DNA of 62,998 bases, counting the filler, from Choristocarpus tenellus KU-1152 (taxonomy: Eukaryota > Protista > Phaeophyceae): NCBI GenBank assembly GCA_964200185.2. It is 8 parts of 8 records of this genome, joined end to end, with 100 filler letters (N's around TTAATTAATTAA, not from the genome) between each part and the next. Parts side by side here need not be neighbours in the genome. Positions count along the whole stretch, not along the records: positions 33,140 to 46,094 come from CAXNAD020001639.1; positions 46,195 to 51,349 come from CAXNAD020011680.1; 6 more parts are not named here. One strand, 5' to 3'. How positions within the stretch are numbered: the first letter of the stretch is position 1; every line of letters begins with the position of its first letter. The notes beneath the pieces were generated by a model. That model saw only the letters and a list, made by a program, of their open reading frames with translations. It had not been told where the DNA came from and did no database searches. Made by a program: the position numbers and the translations under genes. Shown piece after piece: positions 36,690 through 51,103 of the stretch.

Positions 36690-39600
36690 ATGACCCTCGG
36701 AGAGATTCGCAAGATACGTCTGGCCAAGGTGGAAAAGGTGTGCAACCACGTACTTTCGGTTGTTGCTGTTAACATCTTGATGTGTAACTTTCCCATAGGA
36801 ATTGATGAATGCCTGAACCATCGATAGAATTGATGGCATCATACATCGCGTTCTTTTTGACTGTTCCTTCAGGTGGTGTGGAGATCCTTCAGAGACATAC
36901 TATACCGTCTAGTGTATGCCCGAGTTTGGATTTTGCCCTGATTCACTTGCTAGTAAAGGGACTCGTATCAACTCCAATGCATTGCATACTCACACTCTAC
37001 CCACCTTAGCAACCGTTTTCGCCCAAAATAGTCCCGATTATTGTGCTGTCTAATGCTACTGTAGTATCTGAATCGTTCCTATCTGTGTTGTTTGTCCATT
37101 GCCCCATTACCCTAACTTTGTCTTTGTTCAATTTTCAAACATGTACGGTCACCAGATCACTGACAAAAACGATCAGCTAGAAAAAGCATTTCTGTATCCT
37201 ACCTATCCCCTTCATTCTTACCACTAAGAAAATCTGTTCCAACCATTCCACTAGCTATTACAGTTGCACTATTTTTTCTTCACATATGATGGAACATATT
37301 CTTTCATTGACTACACAAGTGCAGCAGATCAACTCTATTGGGTCCACCACCTCAACACACCCCACCTACAATTGTTCCCACTTCCCCTCGAAAACAGATC
37401 AGGAGGGAACATGCTCTCAGAGAGCAGGGGATTCTCTACGCAACATTTGAGGCTGTGAAGCAGTCAATGCTACAGAGACTGGTTGAGGACCTTGAGGCGG
37501 AAAAGGCGGAGACAGCAAATAAAGCATCTGCTGGGGGCAAGGGTAAGAGAGTCGCTGTGCAGGGGGAAAAAGACGACATGGTATTCGTGCATCTGAAGGC
37601 AATGGGCGGACCTCACAAGGGGGCTTCCTTCACATTGAAACTGGTAGCCGGGGGAGAGCCTGCTATGCTGGGACGCTCCACGACAAAAAAGGTGACTGGC
37701 CAGTGGAATAGATGGGACAAGTGCTGTCAGTAGAGGCGACACTGCTTGTTGGATATGAGTTTCTTCTCTTGATAAGTTTGGATTAACAAAGAGATGAAGC
37801 TGAAACTCTATCTTCTGGTATTGCTTTTTGCATCAGTTTATCTCAAATAACAGAAAATGCTTCATGGCTCCCACAACTGTGAAGATTGACCTTGACCTCA
37901 TTACCTATGGTCCTCCCCCTTCAGTAAGAGTGTGTGCTGATATCACCAAGAGATTGAAATTCCTAGCTGTTTGCCAACATGGGTTTTGAACTCCGGGGTT
38001 GAAATTTGTACTACTATGGTGGGAGGTACTGATGAAGATTTTTGTTTTATCAGCGGTTTCCAGGTACTTTCATTGTTTCATTTTTTCCGAAATTTAGTTC
38101 AATTGACCAATTGCAATTATCTCGTTCTATATGTGGTACTTACTTCTCACTATGTGATTGGGTGAAAGCTAATGACTTGAGCTTCAAGTCGGAGTAACGC
38201 TTGGTGCCTATCCCAAAATATCCAACTCTGCACCTACATGAAAATTGGGAGTCCCAGAGTCACGCCCTGATAGTTTTCCAACTTTTAGAGGTTGCACAAG
38301 GAAAGAGAGGAAGACCATAGTTGGTTGTTAGAGAGAAGGGGGCTAAATGCAGAAACCTGTCCAGGGCGATTTGTTGAGACTAAAAACCAATCAAGAGTTA
38401 CAGATGCCTCGAGTAAGGAGTCTCTGGATGAGGAATAAGAGAAACAAGAGGTGTCAAGAGGACTGGGCACAAAGGCACTTTGAAACAAGGGGATGCCACA
38501 GAACAAGGGGGGGGAGGAGGCCAACCAAATATGAAGCAAGGGCCCCCGCATGACTGTGACGACGTCATAGTGGGACTTGAATGCCACCAGATATAATGAC
38601 CAAGAGGTTAGGGAAGTTGATGCCAAAGGGCAAGTTGGCTAATAAGAGGTGCTTTCCAAGGAGTAGGCACGTGTACTGCTGATGCTGTACTATCAGTTTC
38701 TTGCCTTCAACCATATGGGCCAAACTGAGGCGGTGGAGGGTGTCTGTCTAGCATCAGGAGTGAGATACAACACCTCCTTCTACTTTGTAAAAACTTGGGA
38801 AGGGGAACAGGAGAGATATTTTGCACACCTCTGGGGCTGGAAGAGGCACTGTTAATGTAGAATCCACAAAAGGAGGCACAGACTCCTTAAATCAGACTTA
38901 TACGAGATAGAACTAACCCTCCATCCTTACACAGCAGTGATGAGAAAATTTGGTCTTCTGTAGGGATTTGGTGACTTGTGTTAAGACAGAGTCTGGGGTG
39001 GGACTCTCATTGAGGGTTGTGGGTACTGTCCTGTAGCACTGGGATATGATTTGGACACCAACCCCTATATGCCCAAGTTTCAGCCCATATATTTGTTTTG
39101 GCAGCATGGGAAGCAGTGCGTCAGCATTTTGGTATATGCAAAGGGGAGAGCGATTGCCCAAGTGAAAGATCGGATAAGGCTATGGTTGTACGGTGACCCT
39201 AACCCTAACTGGAATCAGATTGAGAGTGGATGGAAGCCGGCAGGCTTTGGCAAGCTGGTTGCAGGTGCTCAGGGGGAGTAGACAATATACGTCAAGATAG
39301 GGGACAAGAATCTGGAGGGAGACATATGAAACCTCACAAGTATTCTGGACGTGCTGAAAGATTCAACAGTGTTGCCTAAAAAAGTACTGGAGGACGTAGA
39401 GGGGGGAGATCAGCAGATTTTGCAGGAGGATCGTGAGGTGCAGCTCAAGGTGGAAGATGATAAGTAACAATGAAAACGTCGACACTAAAGAGTCTGAGAC
39501 TGTAATTTTTACATTGAGTATCAAAAGACAACCCAGCAACTCTGGAGCGCTCGTAGCGCGCGCTCCAGAGTAGTTCGACAATTTTTTCTTTCCCTTAAAA

Positions 39601-42233
39601 TGTTCTTTGCAGTCAGCCAATCAAAACGACTTGATCCGCTTAAAACGTGTCCTATGAGTCCTGTGCACGTCAGAATTTCAATTGCGTGAGTTTCACACCA
39701 TGAAGAGGCAAGACAATCGTTTGAAGCTGAAAAAAGTAACAAAACTATTACCCCCAAGAAACGGAACTACTTCACCCCCTACACATAATGCCCGCCCTAT
39801 TGCTCGCTGTGTTTTTTTTAATTGAAGGAGCTACGTAGCTTGATCAGTGAGCGCACTAGAACGTAAGCTTTTGCTCCATATGTATTTCATTTCACAAGGG
39901 ATGAAACCTGTAGCAGGTTTTAAACGATGGTTTAAAAACTCCTCCAGTCTACTTTGTGGGTTTTAAGTATTTTCTCCAAATCTGGCCAAAAATCGGAAGG
40001 AATCTTGGGTTCCACCGCGGAGTTAGGAATTCACACCAACTGCATTAGATCCTGCTGCCCACCATGTTTCCGATCATCTTGCGTCTGTTGTCTAACTCGA
40101 AATATTCCTGAAATTATATATTTTTAAAATCTTGATTACTACTTCCCTCCAGAAATAGTGCAGGCGTTTCTTACGGGTTTGGACTGAGGCCATGCATACT
40201 CAACATTTTTATTATGAAGGTATTCTTTTGTGAAGGAATTTTCTCCATTCTCACAGAATGTTCTCCGAATTCAAAACTCGCGAATGACCGACAACAAAAA
40301 AGAAGTCAAAAATGGATCGGTCTGCTGTGTGACCTTGCCCTGTGCTGATGATAGACTAGGCGTGCAGCCATGCCGGCATATACTAGATGACAATACCGAT
40401 CTTGGTCAATGTCTGCATCAAATGTACAGTATGGTCTCAATTTCCTTCATTGAGCTGTTCCCTTCAGGCGCAATGTTCTTGGCGTGCACATGTAAGTCAG
40501 GGTGGAGGAGAGACAAGCAGAGGACACTTTTTTTTTTTAGTTTTGAAATTCAGGACTGAGAAAATGTTGCTGTTTATTTTTAAGAATCCCTCCCCCCTCG
40601 CACAATTACATAAAATAAAGGAGATGATAATAGCCTCGCTCCATGAGCTCAAGGTATGTGCAAGAGATTTCCTGTTGAAATCAAAATGCTCAGCCTGGTA
40701 ATCACACTAACCCTAACCCTGTGAGTAGTCCAGTTGGACAGTCAATAACATTAGTGCTGCAGTAGCATTGGGCAGATATATCTCAACCTTGGACATCCCT
40801 TGCAGCGACCAAAGCAGCGCACTCATTAAAAGAAATCTCTACAATTCAAACCCTAACCCTGCCATCCAGTGTTTATCCAAACTTTGTTTTTGGAAGTCCA
40901 GGAGTATTTCCTTCTTTGGAAAAAAATATATATACACAAATATATATTTTAGATTTCCTGGCAGAAGACACTCCCGTCCTGTGATGGACATAGCCTTTTC
41001 CACCTCCCCTCTGAACCCCATCACTATGTAGTAAAAGTACGAAAATATATACATATTTCTAACACGCCTCTCCTCTCTTTCTCATCAACCCCCTAGTTCA
41101 AGGAGAAGGGTGTGAGTCTTCCACGAGACAAAGAGGTGTCGACTTCTCACGGCAAACTGTACAGGGTGGGAGCAGGCGTGGCCTTTGTTGATGTGGGGAG
41201 CAGCAACGGTACGGTCGTGGACGGGTGAGTGGGAGGGAAGGAAATACGGCGGCAGGATAGATGGGTGGGGCTAGGCTTCCTCAGAGTCAAGCACCCTCAT
41301 GTGCTCCCTGCTCTAATTGGATATTTGCAGTACTTGTCCTTTTAAAAAAAAAAATGGGTACTTTGCCCCAGGGTCCCCTATCGAGGGAGATATTGCACTC
41401 AACATTTTCTTATTGAATTCTTGCCTGCTTATGATGGGAGGGAAAAGATGGTAGGATTGCTCAGAGCGCTCTGGAGCTGCAAAAAAAAAGTATAGAGTTC
41501 TGACACACCCGACTGCGTACCGTAGATGCTACGTACACCCTCATTCATCTGCGTGTGATTAAGTTTGGAGCTCGCTAAATAAGTCCGAACCTCGAGATGT
41601 GTTTTAAGGTTGCTTGCTAATATATTTGTCAACTTTTTTCTCATGTAGATGAGAGGTGTCAGGGGGAGGAAATACTAGTGTCCATCAAATGTTGAGTTAC
41701 CACGGTACCGGTGCAATAAGCAGTTACATGTAACTGCTTACTGCCCTGGTGGTACAAAGTTTGATCGAATCTGAGGCCGGAGTGCTACCAGCTTAATCCA
41801 CGGGCCATCGCCCCACTAGTGATGTACCCTCCCTGAGCAGTCACCTCAATCTTTGCACTTCCCATTGCGCCTGATGCCTTAACCCCCCCCCCCCTCAGTC
41901 TATCTTTATCCTCACGTTGTAAGCAAGTCCAGCCAGAATTCAAACCCACAGCCTCTGGTTTGTATTACTTTCTCCACTGGGGGTGCAGTGGTAACTCAAT
42001 ATTTGACATGCATAGAATGTAGTGAAGATGTGAACAAGACCTGATGATACCTTGTTCCTCTCTCTTCTTGTCTCTTATCTTGATGATTGCTCTTGCTACA
42101 TATCTCCGGATGGATACTTTGGGGGGGGGTGCTTCTTTGCAGGGAGGAAGCAGTCAAGGGGAAGATTTTTGAGGTCAAGACGGGCATGGAGATACTCATT
42201 GGCCAAACTCCATTGTTACTCGAAGTTGAGTAG
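36690..42233 (+). CDS. Small FHA-domain protein; exons ~36690-36737, 37399-37691, 41097-41224, 42141-42233 (5' end uncertain)
   Basis: [10 protein letters not shown]...MLGRS|...DKEVSTSHG...[14 protein letters not shown]|...[11 protein letters not shown] contains the conserved FHA G-R, S-x-x-H and S-x-NGT motifs. An N-terminal helical segment precedes it. Confidence 0.85.
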
Positions 42234-45200
42234 ATGTAAGTGCCGATCTTGATGTTTTTTAGAGTGATAATGGTGGCAGTATGTAGAAGCAGTTACTCGC
42301 TGGGAGTTTCTAAGCGGTGCTTTACTTAACCTTCCCACCAGCAAAGGAAGGAGAGTAAGACCAAAGTGCTGGCTCATCAAGGGGCTGGACCGGAACACTG
42401 ATTATCATGTTCAATTGATATGCAACATGGGGGCTAGGTGTCTAGCATAGTGGTGCATCTTAGTGCTGCAGTGGTTAGTAGTGGTGTTCATTGCCTGAGA
42501 GTGGATTCTACTTTCTTCTAATGAGTGTTTTTTCAGGTGACTGTTTCTGTGTTCGTTGTGTACTTGATTTGATGTCCTGAGGATAATTAACACAACCTAC
42601 AGAAAGGAGTGTTGAATGGGGATGTATTCCATCGGCTTGGCTTGGCCACAAGTACCAACACTGTTGTGTGTCTCAATGTCTTGACTTGTGTTTGTGTGTT
42701 GTGAAGGGGCTGTACAGGATTGGAGGGGAAGATGGTTGGGGAATTTACACTGAGAGATAGCTAATGTTGAGACCTTGTCTTAGTGATTTGGTGGGTTCAC
42801 TATTGTTATGTAGGGCCAAGGCTCTCATGAATGGTGACTGTGGTTATTGTCACTAGAGGGGAAGGTGCAATATATGTGTGTGTGTGGATTCCTCACATCA
42901 ATTGTTTTTCTCTAAGCTACTTGCTGGACTGCTTGGAGCTCTCTGTGAGCTGTTAAGAAGTGAAAATGCATGATATTGGAGTATTTCTGGGAATATGTTA
43001 TTCTCACAACGAGCAGATTGGGGGAAACTAATATGTGAAAATTGTCAAGTCCTAGCACACGGTATGATATGTGTGGTGTGTGGTGCCTTGAGAGTTAAGC
43101 CTTCGTGTTACAAGCAGATAAGAATAGAACTAACCTAAGTTTGAGGAAAGCATAGCCTTGTGCTTGCAGTTCATACCATTATTATTCCTCAAGAAAGATG
43201 GCGAAGTTAATGAGTCATAGCTTTGTCTCGGTCATTCATCACCTTTCTCGCTGTCGAATCACCTATGTAAAGTATGTGCATATATACATAAAGTACATCT
43301 ACATCTAGTCTGGAGTGTGTACGTAGATCAACATTTACAACATCACCCATTTTTAGTGTTGTGAATGGCGATGATTCGATCAAGTTGATCTAACTGTCTG
43401 ATAGAAGAATTATCACGGTTGGAATCCAAAGCTTTCGACTGATGCGATGCTTTTAATCACAATCGTCCACACTGCACGATTTGCTTCCTTCCTGACAAAA
43501 GAACGGAGGAAGTCCGAGTTTGATGGCAGTCATCTCATTATGGGGGGGTTCAGTTCAAGCGAATTGATGGAATCGTTTCGAGTTGATTAATAAGCAGCAC
43601 CCATGGGATTATTTCGATTCACGATATTGGGAAGTCCATGCCTGTTTTCTACTATATATAATAGTAGATGGGATGATTGAAAAAAACTATACTTTGCATT
43701 CGATTTGACTGGAATTGTTGTCTTCATCAGTAAACTAAAATCGATCAAGTTGGAGTGGCATCAGAACTATCTGTACCAAAAGAAATGTTCTTGGCCGTTC
43801 CACATTGGGGCATGATGGATTCTGGTCAACAGGGGGAAGGAGGTGTGACAACCAGGGTGTTCAACATGTGAACGTTTTGTGTGGCAAGGATGAGTTCACT
43901 CATCATTCCTACGTATTGGGTATGATGACTCCACTCTGTATATACCCGATTAAGTTATGCAGCGCTGAAATGAGTCAATTGGTATGATGGCAACCACTAC
44001 GACCACACACAAAGATCATCCAAGTTTAGGATGGATAGAGTGCTGCGGTTTGTCGAGCACATCGTATTGGCTAAAGAATTACTTCATTCGAGGGTCATCG
44101 CAAGTATTTCGTGACTGATTCAGTACAGCTCTGCTGACAGAGCAAGAAGTATCATTTGCTTTCAGGGACTTGAACACTGAGCAAGGTCAGGGGATCTATT
44201 CCTCTGCCTTCACAGTTAGTCGTGGTCTTGTGGTCAAGGAGTGACAACATTGCATGCGCCTTGTGCATTGTGTGCTCTGAATGTTGTTGCTCAAGTGGAG
44301 TACCAGAAAACTCGACTTCAAACAGCAAACAGCTACTGCGGTACCTGAGATAGCCAATCCGTCTTCGTGACTCAGCGGCTAGAGGAAGCTGTTCCCTACA
44401 TGACTTCTGTTATTCCTCCAACCCGATCAACATCAGGCTTCTCTTCATGGGAATCTGGCTTTGATTATTCAAAGCCCGTACGACGTGGCAAGCACTGCAG
44501 AGTGTGCATCTGTACTATCCCTACCTGTCATCTTACCACAAAAACGCAAAACCGAGAATGAGGTGGCAAGACTTCATTGCGGGAACGAGGCAGGTCCATC
44601 ATACTATTCAACAGAGGAGATGGAGCGATGAGCAGTGGGTTGATTGAGCCCAACATGAGAGGAGAAAGGCACGATAGGGGGCACTACAATTATAAGTCAT
44701 AATACATTTAGTTTCTGTAATCAGTCTTGAGAAGAAATGCGACATGTAGAGACTCAGACCCAGGGTTGGGATAGTTCCCCAGACCGAATTAAAGAAGATA
44801 ACCATCTTGCACCGGCTCTCACCAATTCAACACTAGCGCATATGCAATACATCGTTTTAGTTCCTACCGCATATTTGCCCTGACATATCTCCTTGTCGTC
44901 TCGCCTCTTGTGTGTCCTTAGAGTTTTCTTCACTGAATGTTCTTTACCTCTGTTGGTGTACTGACTGTATAATTAGATATTGAAAGTGAACTTTTTTTTG
45001 CACAGTTGTACCCCCTGGAATGCCCACGCTGTAAGGCAGGCGTTTGTTGGAGAAAGTCACAACAGAGAGTTGCAAAGGGCTGAGGAAGAGCACTGTTTGA
45101 CACTCCGCACTACAGGTACAAGAGACAGAAATGGTATCTTTACATTTTCACTATAAGGTATACCTTAGTTGGATGATGCCTCTGACAAAATATGCAAATT

Positions 45201-45290
45201 CAATATTTCTCAACTCGCAGTCGCCTACCCCAACAAATCGGTCCTTGTGAGGTTTAAGGACCTTAACAAAAAACAAAAGTAAAACAATTG

Positions 45291-45403
45291 TACTATTGTA
45301 ACCTAGAAGGATTTATATATTTCTTATTATACTATTGTAACCTAGAAGGATTTATATATTTCTTATCATACTATTGTAACCTAGAAGGATTTATATATTT
45401 CTT
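45291..45403. repeat. Minisatellite, 3 x 39 bp (tactattgtaacctagaaggatttatatatttcttatta)
   Basis: Near-perfect tandem copies. Confidence 0.9.
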
Positions 45404-45614
45404 TCTGGACCAGATCGTTCTTTCCATCATGGAACGTCAGCGATTATTATCATTTTTCTCAGAAGAACAGGGACACATAGGTCAGTGTCATAGACATGTC
45501 ACGTCACACGGTGACGTACCCACATTATCCCCAAACTCAATGAGGACCCTTTTTTCTCAAGGACTTATGAGGTAGAAGTTGAGGGTATTGAATTAACTAC
45601 TACTGTGGTTCCAA

Positions 45615-46094
45615 ATGGCTCACCATCCTATGAACACGGAGGATATGATATTCCCAGCATCAGGAGAGGAATGGTTTGATTTCGCTACGGACGATGCAGC
45701 CCTTTCAAGAGGGGATTCAATGCAGGTGTCCACAATGACTATGTTGTAGGTTGAGATGAACGTTCGAGTTGATGGCTTTGGGTTATGTAACGGATGTCAG
45801 ATGAGGTATTTTCTTTTGCCTCATATCATATCAGGGTTACTCGATGCATATTTCTGGAGTGTTGTTTATCTTCTCATTACACATACCAAACACTGCGCCC
45901 TACACATAGGGGATTGGGGATGAAGATACAGACGAGGATTTCGATGACGAGGAAGAAGAGACCGCTTTGGTTGACAGGGGATTTCCTGGGCTGGAGGAAC
46001 CGGAGGGTGTGACTGGAGCTAGGGGGGGGGAAGCAGAGGGGGGCCGGCGGCAAGAGCTGGTGCCCCAGCCTAAAATGGAATTGGAATTGATGAA
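45615..46094 (+). CDS. Hypothetical protein N-terminus (acidic), exons 45615-45725 and 45910-46094, truncated
   Basis: MAHHPMNTEDMIFP...DSMQ|GIGDEDTDEDFDDEEEE is joined by an in-phase GT-AG intron. No recognisable domain. Confidence 0.4.
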
Positions 46095-46194
46095 NNNNNN
46101 NNNNNNNNNNNNNNNNNNNNNNNNNNNNNNNNNNNNNNTTAATTAATTAANNNNNNNNNNNNNNNNNNNNNNNNNNNNNNNNNNNNNNNNNNNN

Positions 46195-48554
46195 GTTATA
46201 ACCACCGAAGAGGTATAGACTCCCCTGGTACTCCACCACCCCGTTGTTCTCCCTAACCCCTGGAGAAGGCCCTTGGCACTTGACCTCCTTCCAGGTTCTC
46301 GACTCTTGGATGAGAAGAAACGAAATACAAAAAAAAAAGGAGGCAAAATCGAGATATGATTTTTGGTCCCGTGGCGAAGAATGCGGAATAGAAAAAAGAA
46401 AAAAAAATTGAGACAATTTGGTCCCGTGGCAAAGAATACAGAAGAAAATAAAAATCAATGAATGTCATCATTCCAGGTAAATGAAATGCACAATTTCAGA
46501 AAGTGGCACCAACCACCCTACGTCTGACCCTCAGTAAAACAATTTTTTTTATTTTATTTTACTCCATGATGATTGCAGATGTGTTGTGATTAGATTTAGT
46601 GCTATTTCTAACCCTAACCCTATATATATATATATCAATACAGCGTGGTAAATATTCGCTCGAATGGCACTCACACACACACACGCCTCCCTAGCAAATA
46701 AAATAATTTAAATAACACCTCAAATCAAGTAGGAACCCTTCATTCAATTGTGAGCTTACATACACATACACATACATACACACACACACATATAATATGT
46801 ATGTATGCATTTTTGCTCCGATGACATGATAGTTGAGCATCTTACGCACACGATGCACTTACAAAATACTTGCCCCCACCACGTACATCTTCCTTAGGAA
46901 AAACCATCCCCTTCTCATTCGGCGACAAAATCATTATTACTTTTTGAACCCTATTATGTCACAGACAAAACGTCATATTTTGTACCCTATTGTGTCACAG
47001 ACAAAACGTCATATTTTGTACCCTATTATGTCACAACCAAAATCTTAGATTTTGTACCCTATTGTGACACAACCAAAACATCATATTTTTGTACCCTATT
47101 ATGTCACAACCAAAACGTTGAGTGGACCACACTTTTCAAAAGAACACCATAGCATAGCGCCCGACCTCAAATCGAGGTATCTTCAAGCCAAGAGCACTTC
47201 CACATAGTACAAGGGGGTGTTCTGCTCCCTCCAAACATTCGCCTCGAACACAAAATAATTGACGTCAAACACAATCGACCAAGCCCCCTAACACAAGAGT
47301 TCCCAATGCAAAGCCGAGTGAAGAGCTTGTGGCTCCCTTTCTCTTGTATATGCATCAGGTGCAAGCGCAAAAAAAACTCTCTTCCATGGAAGGCGTACCC
47401 TGAAAGACAGGGAGGAACCATCACCGCTTACAGAGCGATGAGGTAATGCTCCCCAACCGTACGATAAAATCAGAATGAAATCGCATTCTGATGAACGACC
47501 TCAAGACACTATAGACGTTGCTTCCCATGTTCTTCCAAGGCTTGAACAGACTGGATCAAGGTTAACAACAATAAAGCATCACAAGATATTTTAGGCAGCC
47601 ATGTCACATGCTTTGGGTTGCCCCCCGCCCTGCCCTCAATCTGGTAGATACCCCAAGTCCCAACCCACCGAAATTGAACTCATAAAAGTCGTCCAGTCTT
47701 CCGCTCCCCCCATATCCACCAAACATGTACATCTGAGACAGTATCATATCCATTGGTAAGGGGAGGGGTTGACAAGTTTCAATGTGGACATAGTTGCACG
47801 GTCAGGAGGAGGGTATCGATGAATGGGTGTAATCGGGGAAACCTTTCATGTGCAGCATTTTGAGAGGAGGTTGGGGTCTCTTGTTGACAACATTGTTGGT
47901 GGGGTAGAAGGGTCTACGACAAGGAAAGAAGAGGGTGTCGTTGTGTTTGATGCAGCAAAGGGAAAAAAACAGGCAGGGTTTAAATGGTCGAGTGGATGAA
48001 AGAGGGAAATGTGCACACGAAAGGAAAACCCTGCAACAATAGGGTACAGTAAAGTAACCTTTCAAGAATTGAAAGAACCAATTGATTTGGCGAGGAGTAA
48101 CGGGAAGGTGGAACAGCAGGGTTGCGTAACGGATGGTGGGCACTTCGACGGCAGTCACTATCACCTTGGAAACTAAGGTGGGGAAAGGGAGCTTGAACAA
48201 TGGGGCAGAGAAGTTATAGCACGGAAGGAATGTGCTATTGCCACTGTCTCGCACCCCACACAGCCCACCTCCATAGGCAGACAGTATGTACTAAATCTTC
48301 CTCACCTTGTTCCCAACAACTACAGATGCTGCCCCGCTGCGTGGACCTGGTAGCTGCTCACAGGAGGAGTTTGTGGACACCTTAACTTGTCGCCATGATC
48401 TAGATCGCGCACCTGTGCGATTTTCAACACGTAGGTGGTGTGCAAGTTCGTCATCCCAAGACTTGGATGTAACCGTTGTCACGCTGGGAAGGTCACACTC
48501 ACTTCGGGACTCAATCGAGGGTCGAGAGATGTAATTAGTTAGCGTCTTTGCCAT
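46195..48554 (-). CDS. Kelch-repeat protein (LZTR1-like N-terminus), partial; exons ~48306-48554, ~47669-47732, 46195-~46305
   Basis: PGPRSGAASVVVGNK|MYMFGGYGGSGRLDDFYEFNF|SRTWKEV...PSPGVRENNGVVEYQGSLYLFGGYN shows the kelch GG/Y/W pattern. Confidence 0.85.
46941..47118. repeat. Minisatellite, 5 x 36 bp (ttttgtaccctattatgtcacagacaaaacgtcata), in a Kelch intron
   Basis: ccctatt occurs at 46949, 46985, 47021, 47057 and 47094, with no spacers. Confidence 0.9.
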
Positions 48555-49700
48555 GATGCTGGTGGTATGAGCAATAACCAGAGAGGTTTACATGATGAAC
48601 TTACATAGAAGCATATATAGAAGCACGGAGGTGTGTGAAACAACAGAGCCTGCTGGTACAACAACTTTACAGAGTTGCTACCTCTGTAAGGTATGCCCTT
48701 CTAACTCAAGTCTACCATACATACATTGAGGGGAAAATGACACGAAACGTTAGGGTTTATGGAAAAACTACTCCCCCATCAGGAAAAAACAGGGAGTTGA
48801 CCTAGGAGAAGAAGAGGTTTCCTCTTAGAAGATCTTCCCTATTGTCAATCCAAATCAATTACAATTAGGGGACAATCAATACAAGTATATAAAGTATCAT
48901 ATAGAATGGCAGTATTGCACTCCCGAATATCTTACACGTCCGACTTAGCTCATTACAGAAGTATCTGATGGCAGAAAGTACCAAACCGTGCTTTATGTAT
49001 CTATGAATAAACACATGATAAGGTCATTACAGAGAAAACTTACCCACAGCCATGACCACTGCTATACCCTAACACACAGAAAGTTTTAACTGAGACTGTG
49101 TCGCAGTGTCTTCAGCGTTGCGAACCCCTGGGGTTCTATACTCCCCCTTACTACTTCTAACCCTAGTAGACTAATAATAGGGTGAAGTAGTATGTGTTTG
49201 TAATAATGTCGAGGCGTTGTTGGTCACATCACTACTTTCTACTTTCGTTAGGTATTAACACATTCACATCTCTATCTTGATCCAGCTGCCCTTTGGACAA
49301 GGTGCGTAGCGCATGGAAGAGGATTGAGATTCCATGTTTGGTAGACTTGGCGGAAGGTTGGCTCTCTTGGCCTCCCTTCTACTTGTGGAGAAGCAAGGTT
49401 TGCTCAAGCATATCAATCCAAACCCCACCTAACCTACAAGTGCATACTTCGTTTCACGACTGGAGATAGATATCGGACACAAACTACACACCCAGAAAAT
49501 CACAACTACACGTTTTCAGTTATTCCTTTATCTCGGATAGATGCGGTTGTTGAGGGAAGGGTTGAATTGCAACCCTTCAACAGAGGTGTAGGGGTCCAAT
49601 GCAGCGATCTTACCCTTCAAATCTCACTATTTTGCCTTGCTCCCTGTGGTTTGTGATATGATTTCTTCTCCGATCAATTCCACAAGTTTCATCCCTTCAG

Positions 49701-51103
49701 ATGGCTGGCGCTGGTGGTGCTAAACGTTTCGCCTCAGAGATGGGTGAGTCATATCCATGTCTTGGGGAGAGAGGTCTCCATCCCACTCTCTTTTGTTTGC
49801 CCCCTTGATTTGAATCTACTAGGCACTCACACGCCATAATGCGCTGTCCAACCCAATCTTTTGCAACGTAATTTTTCCCTCCCTAGCTTCGTCGGCATCC
49901 TCCACTCTGTTGAAATCAAACAAGGTGGCAACTGTTCTAGGCACCATGTCTATCCCCAACCCCTTGGATGCAATCAGCACGAAGGCAACCTTGGATGAGT
50001 TCCGCGAGGCAGGACACCAGGAGATTGACACTGCAATTATGTATCAGGGAGGAAAGGCGGAAGCCACACTTGGTGAGAGTCTTTGACCGCACCAAAGTGG
50101 GCGTCCTGTTTGAGATGCCCAAGTCTCTGTGGCGGCTTGTTCACAGAAGGATGGATTGAGAATTTCGATGGAGTGTGAATGTTTAAGGAACTGATGTTCC
50201 CAAGACTTACGTATGTAAATGAATCGATTAGTTCCTTACTATGTAGAACAGGTTGTACATAAAGTAAGGAAGGTGAAAGGAAGAAGTGAACATCCAAGCT
50301 CAAAAGAGGGGGTTCTCGTCACCTTATCATTCATATTCTAATAACACGTCACTCATTCTGTGTCACTTGCTACAACCTTCTCTTTCTAGGAATCTTCTTG
50401 TTGTACTATAATAATCCGGATAATGTTCTCACCGTCACTCAACAGAAATCTTCGTATCAGTTATTCCATGATCGAACCATTGCCCAATAGAATTTTCATT
50501 TTCACATAAATATAAAGCATATCTTACACTCAGGGTTTCGTTTTTGTTGGGGGTGAATGAATTATTTAACTCTGCAGTCCTTTTGATGATTTTGAAGACT
50601 ACAATTAGACGAAAAGGTGGGTTGTTTATGATGCATCGACTAAGATCTTTGATTATCTGAAGTGAGCAGCATTGCTCTTGTGTAGGATCTTCCTCATCAG
50701 AAAGAGACCTGCACCGTACTTCAGTGGAATGGGGTTGTAACATTTCAGAATGGTGTGACAACCCAAGTGAAGGGTCCCTCACTTACTAGATGTGTGAGGC
50801 ATACATACAGGGTCAAAAACATTATAGTCGGCCCTCAGGCCTAAGATAAGTCATGTGCAGAACGGTCATTTTTTCGGACAGTGCTCAGTGCTTACATAGT
50901 CTGTTTGACGTATCTGCTCAATGCCTGGCACGACGACCCTTGGAACAATTATTGGCAGGCGAGCTTGGTGTCGCCTCATCTTTCCGAGTGGCGGTAAAGG
51001 CCAACCCTTGGTACAAGGATGGGAAAACGTACGATGTCCCTGTCGGGGGGCTGAATGGGGCTTCCGTGAAGGAGCAACTGCGATCTTCACTAAGCAGTCT
51101 CCG
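49701..51103 (+). CDS. Aldo-keto reductase (AKR7/aflatoxin aldehyde reductase-like), 5' part; exons 49701-49743, 49887-50072, 50959-51103
   Basis: VLGTM...EIDTAIMYQGGKAEATLG...VAVKANPW...GLNGASVKEQLRSSLSSLR contains the catalytic D, Y and K positions. Phases are compatible. Confidence 0.85.

Noticed and set aside
38285-39470. Purine-rich intronic tracts that may be old retroelement debris (also ~1330-1720, 6400-6760, 14350-14700, 16540-17100)
   Set aside because: No RT, integrase or endonuclease motif could be read, so the call cannot be supported.
46941-47118. 36-bp repeats of CRISPR-like length
   Set aside because: The units are directly adjacent with no unique spacers, there are no cas genes, and they lie in a eukaryotic intron. 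This is a minisatellite.
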